DNA of 64,000 nucleotides from an uncultured delta proteobacterium (GTDB taxonomy: Bacteria; Myxococcota_A; Polyangia; Haliangiales; Haliangiaceae), in NCBI GenBank assembly GCA_963848295.1, contig CAWKDB010000010.1:4192001-4256000 (forward strand). Reading direction: 5' to 3'. Below, in pieces: positions 31,164 through 40,965 of the stretch. The notes under the pieces were generated by a model, which did no database searches, was not told where the DNA came from, and was given only the letters and a program-made list of their open reading frames with translations. Made by a program: the position numbers and the translations under genes. Each line of letters opens with the position of its first letter. Within the stretch, counting starts at the first letter, position 1.

Positions 31164-31759
31164 GACGGCACCGGAGCGCGCGCCGGTCGCGCGCGTTGGA
31201 CCCACAAGACGAGGTCGAGCCCCACGCTTGGAACGCGTTCCTGACAGGCGAGGTCGTAGCTTGCTGGCATGACGCCACCGAAGCCGTTGAACGTGACGAT
31301 GCGCGACCCTTCGCGCATGAGGCCGAGCCGCTCCTCGACCTGGCTGACTTGGGCGCGATACCCGAGCACGTGGTCCGGTCCGCTCGCATCCGGAGCCAGC
31401 GGTAACTCGAACGGGTTGTAGAGGTACAACGCGTCGAAGTCGGTCCAGTCGAGCGAGAACGCGTCGCCGTGAAAGAATCGCGTGCGGTCTCCGACACCGA
31501 GGCCACGCGCCAACCGCTCTGCCGTCATCGCGAGCAGCTCGTGTCGTTCGATGCCAAACCACGTGGCCAGCGACGAGAGTGCGCCGACCGAGCAGACTTT
31601 TCCGATCCCCGCGCCGATGTCGAGGATCCGGGTATCGCGACTAGGCGAAAGCAACTTGGACACGCGCAACACCACTTCGATCGGTGTCCAGTGGGTCGCC
31701 GAGAGGTGCCGTAGCTCGAGGGGAACGAGCGCGTCGAACGCGAAGTCGGTCGAGGACAT
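31160..31759 (-). CDS. Class I SAM-dependent methyltransferase
   Basis: HWTP, ILDIGAGIGK, LYLYNPF. Confidence 0.85.
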   Translation of the reverse strand: MSSTDFAFDALVPLELRHLSATHWTPIEVVLRVSKLLSPSRDTRILDIGAGIGKVCSVGALSSLATWFGIERHELLAMTAERLARGLGVGDRTRFFHGDAFSLDWTDFDALYLYNPFELPLAPDASGPDHVLGYRAQVSQVEERLGLMREGSRIVTFNGFGGVMPASYDLACQERVPSVGLDLVLWVQRARPARAPVPS

Positions 31760-31797
31760 CCCGATGGCGCAGCGCGTGGCGCGACGAAAACGCGTCG

Positions 31798-33129
31798 TCA
31801 CGGTGCCGCCGTCTGGGCGATGCCCATCAACTCCGCGCAGCGAGCGACGGCCTCGGCGATCGCAGCGTGGAGTGCGCGGTCCAACGGGGACGGAACGAGC
31901 TCGCCGGGCTCGGCACGAGCCGCGATGGTTCGCGCTGCGGTCAGCATCATGGCGCTCGTGATCGTTCGAGCACGGGTGTCGATCGCGGCCCGCATCAGGC
32001 CCGGGAACGCGAGCGCGTTGTTGATCGCGCGCCCGTCGGAGGCGAGCGCGGCGCCTGACGCGAGCGCGAGCTTCGGGTCGATCTCGGGGCCGGGATTCGA
32101 AAGCGCGAAGATGATCTGCCCGCGACGGACGTGCTCGGCCTTGATCAGACCGGGACACCCCGTCGCGGCAACCACGACATCAGCCTGCGCCTGCAGGTCG
32201 GGGAGCGTGACGAGGCGAGCACCGACACGCTCGCCACGAGCTGCTGCGGCGGCGTTCGGGTCATGGGCAACCACTTCCCCGACCCCGAAACGCCTCACGA
32301 GGCCTGCGATCGCGGTCCCGGCTGCACCGAGCCCGATCACACCGATGCGCGCAGACTCCAGCGGTAAGCCGACCGTACGCGCGGCGACGATGATCGCCGC
32401 GAGCACCGCGGTGGCGGTCCCGTGTTGGTCATCATGGAAGACAGGTTTGTGAAGGAGCTCGGTCAGGCGGGCCTCGATCTCGAAGCATGCGGGCGAGCTG
32501 ATGTCCTCGAGATGGATCGCCGCGAGCCCTGGGGACACGCGTACGACGGTGTCGACGAACTCGTCGACCGTCTTGACGTCCAGGACGAGCGGGACCGCCG
32601 AGAGATTCGCGAACTTGTCGTAGAGCACCGCTTTGCCCTCCATCACGGGCAGCGAGGCCAGTGGCCCGACGTCGCCAAGTCCGAGCACCCGGCTGCCGTC
32701 GCTGAAGATCCCGACTGCGTGGCCGCGCCACGTCGTCGTCCACGCGAGGGCCGGCTCGGCTTGGATCGCTCGCACGACTCGCGCGACGCCCGGTGTGTAG
32801 ATCGTTCGCAGATCGCGAACCGTCTCGAGGTTGAGCCGGCTGGCGATGCGGATCTTGCCGCCGCGGTGCGCCTCCATGACGCGATCGCGCGTCGACAAGA
32901 CCTCGACGCCCGGAAGCAGCCTGATCGCTGCGATGATCCGCACCACCTGGTCCGCGGTGTCGGTCTCGACCGTGATCTCGCGTTGCGTGTGTTCGTCGCC
33001 GACGCGAACGGTGACGATCTCGCACAATAAACCTCGGTGGTCGGCGATCGCCGCGGCGACTCTCGAAAGAGTCCCGGGTTCGTGCTTCAGCCGAACTTCG
33101 AGGACGGTATCGATGCTGCTGCTCTTCAT
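31798..33129 (-). CDS. NAD(P)-dependent malic enzyme with N-terminal ACT domain
   Basis: YTPGVA, DGSRVLGLGD, PVMEGKA, LEDI, FHDDQHGTA, ALSNP, INNALAFPG. Confidence 0.92.
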   Translation of the reverse strand: MKSSSIDTVLEVRLKHEPGTLSRVAAAIADHRGLLCEIVTVRVGDEHTQREITVETDTADQVVRIIAAIRLLPGVEVLSTRDRVMEAHRGGKIRIASRLNLETVRDLRTIYTPGVARVVRAIQAEPALAWTTTWRGHAVGIFSDGSRVLGLGDVGPLASLPVMEGKAVLYDKFANLSAVPLVLDVKTVDEFVDTVVRVSPGLAAIHLEDISSPACFEIEARLTELLHKPVFHDDQHGTATAVLAAIIVAARTVGLPLESARIGVIGLGAAGTAIAGLVRRFGVGEVVAHDPNAAAAARGERVGARLVTLPDLQAQADVVVAATGCPGLIKAEHVRRGQIIFALSNPGPEIDPKLALASGAALASDGRAINNALAFPGLMRAAIDTRARTITSAMMLTAARTIAARAEPGELVPSPLDRALHAAIAEAVARCAELMGIAQTAAP

Positions 33130-33767
33130 CGCGATGCCTCCGCGACTCGCCGGTCCGTCGGTTCCGACGTCTTGATCCACAGCTCGATGCGATCGAACCC
33201 GAACGATTCGGCGAACGTGCACTCGTAGCCGGAAGGGGGCGCCGCGCCGAGCCCGTGGTAGGTCACGACACGCGTGCCGATGCGAGCGTCGGCAAGCCGC
33301 TCTTTGGTGCCCGCGACATTCCAGATGAAGTTGAGCGGATTGAATCCGACCGTCTCGTCGATCACCCGCGTGCGGTCGAACAGCTGCTCCGCGAACGGGT
33401 TGAAGAAGTAGAAAGCGTCGTACTCCGACCAGTCGAGATCGAGCGCATGTGCTTCGATAAACCGGACGTTCGACAGCGCGGACCGTTCGGCGAGCTCGGT
33501 CGCGAGCCGGACCAAGTGCGGCCGATATTCGACGCCCACGAACTCGGAACCGGGGACGGCTCGCCCCGCGACGATACAGAACTTGCCGGGCCCTGCTCCG
33601 ACATCGAGGACGCGCATCCCAGCGCACGGAGCGAGAAGGAATGCGGCACAGCGCGCAACCCGAACCGGTGTGAAGTGGATGTTTGCTTTGCGCTGAAGGC
33701 TAGCTGGGAGCTGCTCGTCGAAGCCCGCATCATCGGTCCATGGCACGCGCAGCCACCGTGCACGCAT
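33126..33767 (-). CDS. Class I SAM-dependent methyltransferase (paralog of 31160-31759)
   Basis: HFTP, VLDVGAGPGK, FYFFNPF; start uncertain. Confidence 0.85.
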   Translation of the reverse strand: MRARWLRVPWTDDAGFDEQLPASLQRKANIHFTPVRVARCAAFLLAPCAGMRVLDVGAGPGKFCIVAGRAVPGSEFVGVEYRPHLVRLATELAERSALSNVRFIEAHALDLDWSEYDAFYFFNPFAEQLFDRTRVIDETVGFNPLNFIWNVAGTKERLADARIGTRVVTYHGLGAAPPSGYECTFAESFGFDRIELWIKTSEPTDRRVAEASR

Positions 33768-33966
33768 TGGACCAGAGCGCGATCGGCACCAAGCGCGACG
33801 AGTGGTTGGCGCGGACGGAGCTCGACTGCAAGCGAGTGTGCGCCGACGACATAGTGACGTACCGTTTGACCCTCATGGGGCCTCATTGCGACGCGGCGTC
33901 GTCGCATGAGGTCGACACGTGGCATTTCCCGCCATGTGATCATGCCGGTACGAGGAGTCGGCGTGG

Positions 33967-34000
33967 ATTCCGCCCGGTCGGGCAGAGTTTGGGGCAGAGC
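33967..34000 (+). repeat. Arm-type direct repeat, copy 1
   Basis: ATTCCGCCCGGTCGGGCAGAGTTTGGGGCAGAGC, near-identical to 40014-40046. Confidence 0.7.
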
Positions 34001-34109
34001 GAATCGCGATGGCTGAACGAGCGAGAGCGACCTGCCGGAAGGAATCGGCATCGATGGGCTGCTCGGCCTGAGCTTTCTCCGTCGTTCGTCGCAAGGCATC
34101 GAAGTTTCA

Positions 34110-35267
34110 TTAGAGCGCGAGCCGGTGGACCGTACCGGAGCTTCCGTCGTCGGTCGCCCACCACAGCGCGCCTCCCGCCACGACCATGTCCGTGATCGGC
34201 GACGGCGAGGTGATCAACGTGGTCGTCGTCGCGGCGGCCTTGTCGTACGCGACGATCTGCGACGCCTGCTCGCCGCGCGCGACCCAATACACGTGGTTGG
34301 TATCGGCCGCGAGCTCCACGATGGGGGTACTCACGCTGCTGGTGCCGATGACCACGGGCGTGCCGCCGGCGACCGGCGCGCTCCGCACGGCCGTCGTTCC
34401 GTCGAAGGATCCGCTGGTGTCCGAAACCCAATAGACCGTGTCGTCGTCGGCGGCGACCAGATGCGGGGAGAGCGCATACCCGCTCGCGGTGAGCCCCGCG
34501 GTGGCCACCGTGGCGGGCGAGCTAGCGGACTTCGCGACGGCGAACAGCCCGTGCTGTGCGACCGCGAAGATCGTCGAGGTGTTCGCGCCGAGCGCGATCG
34601 CGGGATCCGTCCCGTCCAGGGTTCCGATCGTGACGGCATCGCTCGCCGAATCGCGCGCGCTCCTCACGACCACCGGTTGCGAGCTGGCAATATCGAAGGT
34701 GCTCCAGTAGATGTCGCTCGCATCGGTCGTATACACCACCGAAGCTTGGGCCTCGATCGCGTGGCTGGACGTGACCACGGTGGCACCGACCGGCACCTCT
34801 TCGACGAGCCCCTCGAGACCTTGCCCCTGCTCGTCGAAGAACCACTCACCGCCGTCGAACACGGGGCACGTCGCCCCGATCGCCGTCTCGAATCCGGGCA
34901 GCAGGCCGCCGCCGCTTCCATCGATCGGCACGAGGCGAAGCGACCCTTGCGCCTCGCCGGTCGCGGCCAGCACGTCGTCTGCCGACACCGCGATCATCGG
35001 TCCTCCGAGCCGTGTACCGGAGGCGCCGAGCGGAAACGAGGTGACCTCGACGGCCGAGCACGTTCCCGCGCTGCACGTCCCGCCGACGCAGTCGTGCCCG
35101 CACGCGCCGCAGTTGTGTGGATCGTCCGAAGTGGGCGCCGCGCACGATGCGTCGCCGGAGGTCTCGCGACCTCCGCTGCAGGCAGGGACACTGAACAAGA
35201 CGCCGGCGAGCGCGACGCGGACAAAGAAGCTCGTGGCGAAAGACAGGACAAGCGACGCCATACTCAT
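34110..35267 (-). CDS. Lipoprotein with Cys-rich module and beta-propeller
   Basis: VPAC lipobox; DPHNCGACGHDCVGGTCSAGTC; repeats D..IYW, VYWV, LWW. Confidence 0.75.
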   Translation of the reverse strand: MSMASLVLSFATSFFVRVALAGVLFSVPACSGGRETSGDASCAAPTSDDPHNCGACGHDCVGGTCSAGTCSAVEVTSFPLGASGTRLGGPMIAVSADDVLAATGEAQGSLRLVPIDGSGGGLLPGFETAIGATCPVFDGGEWFFDEQGQGLEGLVEEVPVGATVVTSSHAIEAQASVVYTTDASDIYWSTFDIASSQPVVVRSARDSASDAVTIGTLDGTDPAIALGANTSTIFAVAQHGLFAVAKSASSPATVATAGLTASGYALSPHLVAADDDTVYWVSDTSGSFDGTTAVRSAPVAGGTPVVIGTSSVSTPIVELAADTNHVYWVARGEQASQIVAYDKAAATTTTLITSPSPITDMVVAGGALWWATDDGSSGTVHRLAL

Positions 35268-35279
35268 ATGAACCTTCGG

Positions 35280-35522
35280 TTAAGTAGAAGTTCGATGACT
35301 AGACGAGACTGGGAGCAACGGAGCGCCGTTCGGCGTGCTCAGCGCGATGATCGCGCCGTCGCGCACGAGCTGTGCGCGCGAGGTGATGGTCCAGATAGCG
35401 CCATCGGGCGCGAGCGCGACGTCGTCCGTCGCGGCTGCCGGGATCGCGGTCGCGGTGATCGCCGAGCTGCCTTCGGCGGCCACGCGCGCGTAGGCGAGGA
35501 CGAGCGCGCATGCGGTCTTCAT
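35280..35522 (-). pseudogene. Probable remnant of a secreted propeller protein
   Basis: Signal-like start and one DVALAPDGAIW blade, then degenerates. Confidence 0.35.
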
Positions 35523-35770
35523 GCCCGCGCACGTTAGCGACGGCGACCTGCGACGTCGACGAATAGTATCGGCCGCCGCCGCGCGCGCCTGAGAGATTGA
35601 GAAAAAACGCTGAGGGCCTGCGTATGAACAAGTCGGTTGGTGTCCCGCGGGCCACCATCATCCGACGATGGGTCGGGTCGGACCTGCTAAGCGTTTCCGG
35701 ATGCCGTGATCGCGGCAAGCGTGCGGTGTTGTCGCTCTAGGCGCCGTAGTCCGCTGTGCACCCATTCGCC

Positions 35771-35810
35771 TTGCCTAACATATGGTGTCGCTATATAAAT
35801 AGTTTTAATA
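35771..35810 (+). promoter_or_regulatory. sigma70-type promoter with AT-rich operator
   Basis: TTGCCT-N17-TATAAA directly before marR ATG. Confidence 0.55.
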
Positions 35811-36245
35811 ATGAAACCATCGCCACCGCTCGGATCCATGGTCGCTCAGTTCATGCGCGCGATGCACCGGTACGACGCCGGCCGCACGCTGCCGCTCCTC
35901 CACGCCGCAGCCGTGACCACGCCGCAGCTCGCTGTGCTCGAGTTCGCTCGCTCGCCTCGGCTGGTGTCTGAGGTCGCCGATCACCTTGGGCTTTCGCGAC
36001 CGGCGACGAGCCAGTTGGTCGACAAGCTGGCGCGCCGCGGCCTGGTCCGCCGCATGCTCGGCACCGAGGATCGGCGGGAGCGTCACGTCATCACCGCCGC
36101 GAAGGGCCGCGGGCTGCTCGTCCGCGTCACGGCCGCGCGTGCTGCGCGGTTTCATGCGTCGCTCGCGGCCATACCGCGGGACCTCGCCGAGCGGCTCGCG
36201 GCCGTGCTGGCGGAGGTCGTCACCACCTTGGAGAGATCGCCATGA
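35811..36245 (+). CDS. MarR-family regulator
   Basis: TTPQLAVL, LGLSRPATSQLVDKL..RGLV.R...EDRR. Confidence 0.9.
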   Translation: MKPSPPLGSMVAQFMRAMHRYDAGRTLPLLHAAAVTTPQLAVLEFARSPRLVSEVADHLGLSRPATSQLVDKLARRGLVRRMLGTEDRRERHVITAAKGRGLLVRVTAARAARFHASLAAIPRDLAERLAAVLAEVVTTLERSP

Positions 36246-37093
36246 CGCCAGGCCGCTTCCTCCTTCTCAACCTCGCGTTCGCCTTCTACAACGTCGGCAC
36301 GATCTGGGCCCACGAGGTGGACATCTTCCGGTCGTGGCGGCTGCTCGACGCCACCGACTTCGGCCGCATCCAGGAAGCGCACTGGCGGAAGCTGCCGTAC
36401 TGGGTGTTCGCGCCGGTCGGGCTCGCGCTCGCTGGCTCGTTCGCGCTCGTCTGGTACCGCGCACCGGCCTGGGAGACCTGGCCGGTGTGGTGTGCGATCG
36501 CTTGTCAGCTCGCCGCCCATACGCTGACCGCGGCGTGCTGGGGACCTTGGCAAGCCAAGCTCGCGAAAGACACCGCAGGCCCGAACAGCCGCTACCTCAC
36601 GCGCATCCTCGCCACGCACTGGGCCCGCACGCTGCTGATCACCGCATCGGCGCTGGTGTTGCTCGGGTGGGCAGTCGATGTGATGGCGTCGCCGGCGATC
36701 CCGTTCCTCCCCCCCGCTGCGGTCGTTACCGATGCTGGCCGACCGCCCGCGCAACGCTTCCACCTCGCTGGCCGCGTCACCAACCCCTCCGGCAAGCACG
36801 CGGTGTTCGTCGCTCTCTGGCAAGCGGATGGCTTCCTCCAGCGCCCAGCCGACGGCGTCCGAATCGAGCCGGGCAAGCCCGCGGCCTACCGCTTCGACGT
36901 CGCGCGCGGCAGCTGGGCGCTCAGTGCGTTCGAGGATACGAACGACAACGGCCAGCTCGACATGGGGGTGTTCGGGCCCAAAGAGCCGAGCGGGTTCTGG
37001 CGTCGCTTCACCGGCTGGCATCGCCCGTCCTTCGACGAAGTCGCCACCAAGATAGACCGCGACGTCGACCGCGCCGACATCGAGTTGCGCTAG
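36242..37093 (+). CDS. Membrane protein fused to DUF2141-like domain
   Basis: 4-TM N-terminus; C-terminal ALSAFEDTNDNGQLD.G.FGPKEPSGF. Confidence 0.7.
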   Translation: MTPGRFLLLNLAFAFYNVGTIWAHEVDIFRSWRLLDATDFGRIQEAHWRKLPYWVFAPVGLALAGSFALVWYRAPAWETWPVWCAIACQLAAHTLTAACWGPWQAKLAKDTAGPNSRYLTRILATHWARTLLITASALVLLGWAVDVMASPAIPFLPPAAVVTDAGRPPAQRFHLAGRVTNPSGKHAVFVALWQADGFLQRPADGVRIEPGKPAAYRFDVARGSWALSAFEDTNDNGQLDMGVFGPKEPSGFWRRFTGWHRPSFDEVATKIDRDVDRADIELR

Positions 37094-37170
37094 TTTCAGC
37101 GGGTGCGGACCCGTCCTCGCCGACGCACAGCTTCGAGTCGTGCGGGTGGGGCGCCGTCTCTGCGAATCCC

Positions 37171-38190
37171 CTACTGGATCACGGTGTCGCAGCCGAGCGC
37201 GATGTTCACCGAGCCGCTCGCCTCGACGGTGCCGCAGGTCGAGGTGCACAGGAGGATCGCGGTCGGGTTTGCGGGGTTGTCATAATACCAGCCATCGCCC
37301 ATCGGGGGACACGCGGCCTTGTTCGGCACGTTCGGGATCGTCGTGGGCTGACCGCCGCTAGGCGTGTAGACGACGTTCACCTGCATGAAGTTCGGCGTGC
37401 CATCCGCGGGGATCGGAATCTGGTACGTGCACGACGAGCTGTTGCGGATCGCGTTCATCGCCGCGAGGAACTGCGTGTTGACGTTGTTGTTGGTGTCGAC
37501 GATGAACGCAGACGTCGTCCCGCCGGCGGCCGCGATGCCGTTGAGGTTCGACAGCGACGAGCCGACGCCGATGACGAACGTCGCGACCTTGGGGGTCGCG
37601 TCGAACCCCGCCTTCGCGATCGCGTCGATGTCGGTGAGGTTCGTATCGCACTCCTCGGGGTCACCGTCGGTGGCGAACACGACCGCGGAGATGTGGCCGG
37701 GGTGCGCGGTAGCCCAGCTGCTCGCGTGATCGATCGCGCCTTGCAGCGCTGCCGAGGTCGGCGTGCCGCTCGTCGGCGAGTGCGCGCCGATCGAGGCTAC
37801 CAGCGCCGTCGAGGCGCCCGGCATCGGCGCGATCTCGACCGCGGGTGTCGCGTACTCGCTCGCGGTGCACGAATCGTTGTCGAGCCCAAAGTACTGCAGC
37901 CCGATGGAAACGCCGGTCAAGCTGGGCTGCGACAGAAACGACGTCAGCGCGCCCGTGACCGCCGCCCACTTCGTGACGCCGCCGGAGACGATCTGCGACA
38001 TCGACCCAGACTGGTCGAGCATGATGTAGAGATCGAGCGGACTCTTCGTCGCGGTCACCGTCGCGCTCGCGCACGAAGCTGCATCGGCGGGGCGACCATC
38101 ACCGCCGTTGGCGTCGGTGCTCATGCCGCCATGCGCCGTCGGACCGCACGCGCAGCAAAGGATGCTCAGCAGCAAGCTCGATCTCGACAA
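37171..38190 (-). CDS. VWA-domain lipoprotein
   Basis: CCAC lipobox; MIDAS LDQSGSM, TPTS, ATDG; GGAGG before TTG. Confidence 0.85.
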   Translation of the reverse strand: MSRSSLLLSILCCACGPTAHGGMSTDANGGDGRPADAASCASATVTATKSPLDLYIMLDQSGSMSQIVSGGVTKWAAVTGALTSFLSQPSLTGVSIGLQYFGLDNDSCTASEYATPAVEIAPMPGASTALVASIGAHSPTSGTPTSAALQGAIDHASSWATAHPGHISAVVFATDGDPEECDTNLTDIDAIAKAGFDATPKVATFVIGVGSSLSNLNGIAAAGGTTSAFIVDTNNNVNTQFLAAMNAIRNSSSCTYQIPIPADGTPNFMQVNVVYTPSGGQPTTIPNVPNKAACPPMGDGWYYDNPANPTAILLCTSTCGTVEASGSVNIALGCDTVIQ

Positions 38191-38459
38191 AGCGCCCTCC
38201 AGCCTTGACGATCCGCAACGTATGCTCGCTGCTGCGCGGGCGGAACAAACAGCTGTTGGCCTGTGCGAGTCGGTCGGTTCTCTATGTTTTGCGCTTGTTG
38301 CGCTGGGGCAATCGACCGCGTACCCGAGTTGCGGGTCGCCCCGGTCTTCGCCGCGGACTCCACGCGCGAACCGCCGGCTCACATCGCGACCGCGAGTCGG
38401 ACCAATCAGGAGGTACCGACGACATGAACCCGTCGCCGTACGAGCAGGACCTCGAGCCG

Positions 38460-39110
38460 CTACAACCGCTGGTCGTCGGCAGTGAACGAGCCACTCGTGA
38501 ACAGCACGGCGCTTCCCGTGATCTGGTCGACCCCTGCGATCGCCCACGAACCAGTGGCCTGAAGCGCACAATCACCCGCGGGTGACTCGCCACCCGCGCA
38601 CGCGAGCCGATCGATCTCGATCTGGCCCGCAAGCGTGATCGGCTCGGTGAGTTGGGACGAGCCCGCGGTGTACACCGAGCGCGGGCAGGGATCGGCTGGC
38701 GCGTTCGCGTCAAGCGTTGCGCGCTGGTAGAACATCGTCGCTGCGCCCGCACGCGCGTCGAGTACCTGCGCACCTTCGCCGATGCCGTCGATCACGATGT
38801 CGCTGCCGGCCACTGCCGGACACGCGCCGGTTGCGGGATCCGGATACGTCGGCGCCGTCATCCAAGATCCGACGCGTATCGTCAGCACATCACCGGTGCG
38901 GAACACCGCGAGGCAGCACGCTCCGGACGTCGTCGGATCATCAAAAACCGTCGAGGACGTAACGTCCTCGACCATCGTGCCGTCTGGCGTCGCGTAGCTG
39001 AAGTGGTAGGCGCCGGACAGCTCGATCTGCGATCCGAACGTGTCCGGTCCGGCACAAGCCGCGAGCCCGATGCAAACGAAGATCGCGGCGATCTTGCACG
39101 AGTTGATCAT
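38460..39110 (-). CDS. Hypothetical lipoprotein
   Basis: LAAC lipobox; beta-rich, several Cys. Confidence 0.65.
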   Translation of the reverse strand: MINSCKIAAIFVCIGLAACAGPDTFGSQIELSGAYHFSYATPDGTMVEDVTSSTVFDDPTTSGACCLAVFRTGDVLTIRVGSWMTAPTYPDPATGACPAVAGSDIVIDGIGEGAQVLDARAGAATMFYQRATLDANAPADPCPRSVYTAGSSQLTEPITLAGQIEIDRLACAGGESPAGDCALQATGSWAIAGVDQITGSAVLFTSGSFTADDQRL

Positions 39111-39909
39111 ATGGAAATCGTGCATCGGTCTGATTCGGTCGGCACATCCCGCGGATGAAGCGAACGTGAAGCCGAAACTTTGCCGGAAATGTCCGGCCGG
39201 CGGCAGATTGGAACGCGACGATGATCAATCCTTTGACCGCATCAGTCACCGCCATGTGGCGGCCACAGGATTGGCTACCGCCCGCGCATTGCGACAGGAC
39301 GTCATGGCCAACGATGCGCAGACCGGGCATGCGCGCCGGCCTATCGACAGCGTCAAGCGCTGGGCAAGTCGCGCGCAACGCGATTACCGATTCGGGAAGG
39401 AAGCCGCCCGAGATGGTCGGCATCTCTGGACCGGGAATGAAGCGCATGCTGCAGCGCGGCCCGCTCGCAGTTGCGCGACCTGTTCGCCCGGTGGTGCGAG
39501 TTCGCGGTGGAGGCGCGCGAGGTAAGTGAATCGCCGCGGATTAGTCGTGCTGAGCGGCGGCAAGCAGGCGGCTAGCGAATAACGACGACAACATCGGGCG
39601 AAGCGTCCCCCAAACATCGCCGCGTAGGGTACGAGCGGCATTTTGAGTCCGACATTCGCGAACCCCGTATACATCGCGTTCGCGAGCTTGCCGTCGAGGT
39701 GCGAGCCGGTGAGGTACGACTCTTCGGTCGGTTCCGTCGGCTCACGACGGCCGCAACGATCCCGGCGAGCACCGCGATCAGCCCGAACCACGTACGCACG
39801 TTCTCGATCGCGGCCCACATGCTCTAAGGCGACACCCTGAATCGTTCCCCAACCCATTCCCCGTCCCCCGGGAGCGAGCACTCGGCTCCGAATTCCCCCC
39901 TGTTATTAC

Positions 39910-39930
39910 GTGGAGATTAGGGGGATCGAA
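39910..39930 (-). repeat. att-like direct repeat: 3' end of tRNA-Ala/tmRNA, copy 1
   Basis: Reverse complement TTCGATCCCCCTAATCTCCAC; identical to 41891-41911. Confidence 0.8.
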
Positions 39931-40013
39931 GTCTCCCGGAACGCCAATGTTGACGAGCCCTTGCAGCGCTTTCAACAACCTGCGTTCCGGGTGATTACGA
40001 TGGGTCGGGGTCA

Positions 40014-40046
40014 ATTCCGCCCGGTCGGGCAGAGTTTGGGCAGAGC
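40014..40046 (+). repeat. Arm-type direct repeat, copy 2
   Basis: GGGCAGAG-TTT-GGGCAGAG. Confidence 0.7.
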
Positions 40047-40062
40047 TTTTTGGCGAGGCGGA

Positions 40063-40965
40063 TCAGCGTCTCGCCCAGAGCCACTTGGCTGGATCCCAGG
40101 TGGTGACCGGCTCGGTTGCTAGGACCGGATCGAGAAAGCTTTGCGCGGCGGCCGAGACGTCGGCGAGTGTCGCCCACGACAATTGATCTTCGCGCGCTAG
40201 CGCGGCGTAGGCCGGCGCCCATGTAGCTGGCGGGTCGGGCAGGGCACTCGGGACTGCGTGTGTTGCCCGGAACCTGAAGGTTTGTTCGAGGGCGCCGCGT
40301 AAGCGGGCGGCATCGATCGCGCGGCTGCCGGCGAGTAGCGCGAGGTCGGGCAGGTCCTTGATGCGAGAGTTGGGGCGCTTCCGCGGCAGCGTGTACGCGT
40401 GAAGCTTCTCGGCGATGTGCGTCTCGATCGGGTACACGCGCATGGTCGGCGGCGAGATGCCGGCGAAGCCGAGCACGTCATCGGCGACGAGTAGATCGGC
40501 GTCGCCGAACATCGGATCGCCGAACGCGATGTCGACGCCGAAGCGCTGTCCGTAGAGCTTGCCGGCGAGCCGACACTCCGTGCGAAAGCGGAGCCCGTCA
40601 TACTTCATGCCTTCAGCCTCGATCTCGGGATGTCCGGCATCGGGCGCGATCTCGAACGTCATGAAGTCACCAAGGTCGTAGCGAGCTACCCGCTGGAGTT
40701 GTAAGAGCAGGTCATCGGGCGAGCCCACGAGCCGAAGGTCGACGTCCTTCGTCGTCCGCGCTCGTTCGATGCGCAGCTCGAGTGCAACCCCACCCTTGAG
40801 TGTGGCGGCGTCGCCGAACACCGCTGCGATGCGCGCGAGGAATCGGTGGAACACCAGAAGCTGTCGCGTACGCGCGACGATCGCATCCTTCGGCGTTCGC
40901 GCACGGACGCGATGCTCCAGCGCCTCCTTGAACGCGGCCGGGTTTTCATACACGCGCGCGGTCAT
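40063..40965 (-). CDS. abiEii: AbiEii/AbiGii nucleotidyltransferase toxin (type IV TA)
   Basis: LKGGVAL, RTTKDVD, AEKLHA, SRIKD.PDL. Confidence 0.9.
   Translation of the reverse strand: MTARVYENPAAFKEALEHRVRARTPKDAIVARTRQLLVFHRFLARIAAVFGDAATLKGGVALELRIERARTTKDVDLRLVGSPDDLLLQLQRVARYDLGDFMTFEIAPDAGHPEIEAEGMKYDGLRFRTECRLAGKLYGQRFGVDIAFGDPMFGDADLLVADDVLGFAGISPPTMRVYPIETHIAEKLHAYTLPRKRPNSRIKDLPDLALLAGSRAIDAARLRGALEQTFRFRATHAVPSALPDPPATWAPAYAALAREDQLSWATLADVSAAAQSFLDPVLATEPVTTWDPAKWLWARR

Noticed and set aside
33770..33960. sigma54 box or CGCA-N5-TGCG pair for the Ehr operon
   Set aside because: No convincing match found, so Ehr is not assigned to the proposed regulon
39384..39881. Short ORFs left of the att repeat
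   Set aside because: No recognisable family; probably degraded or non-coding
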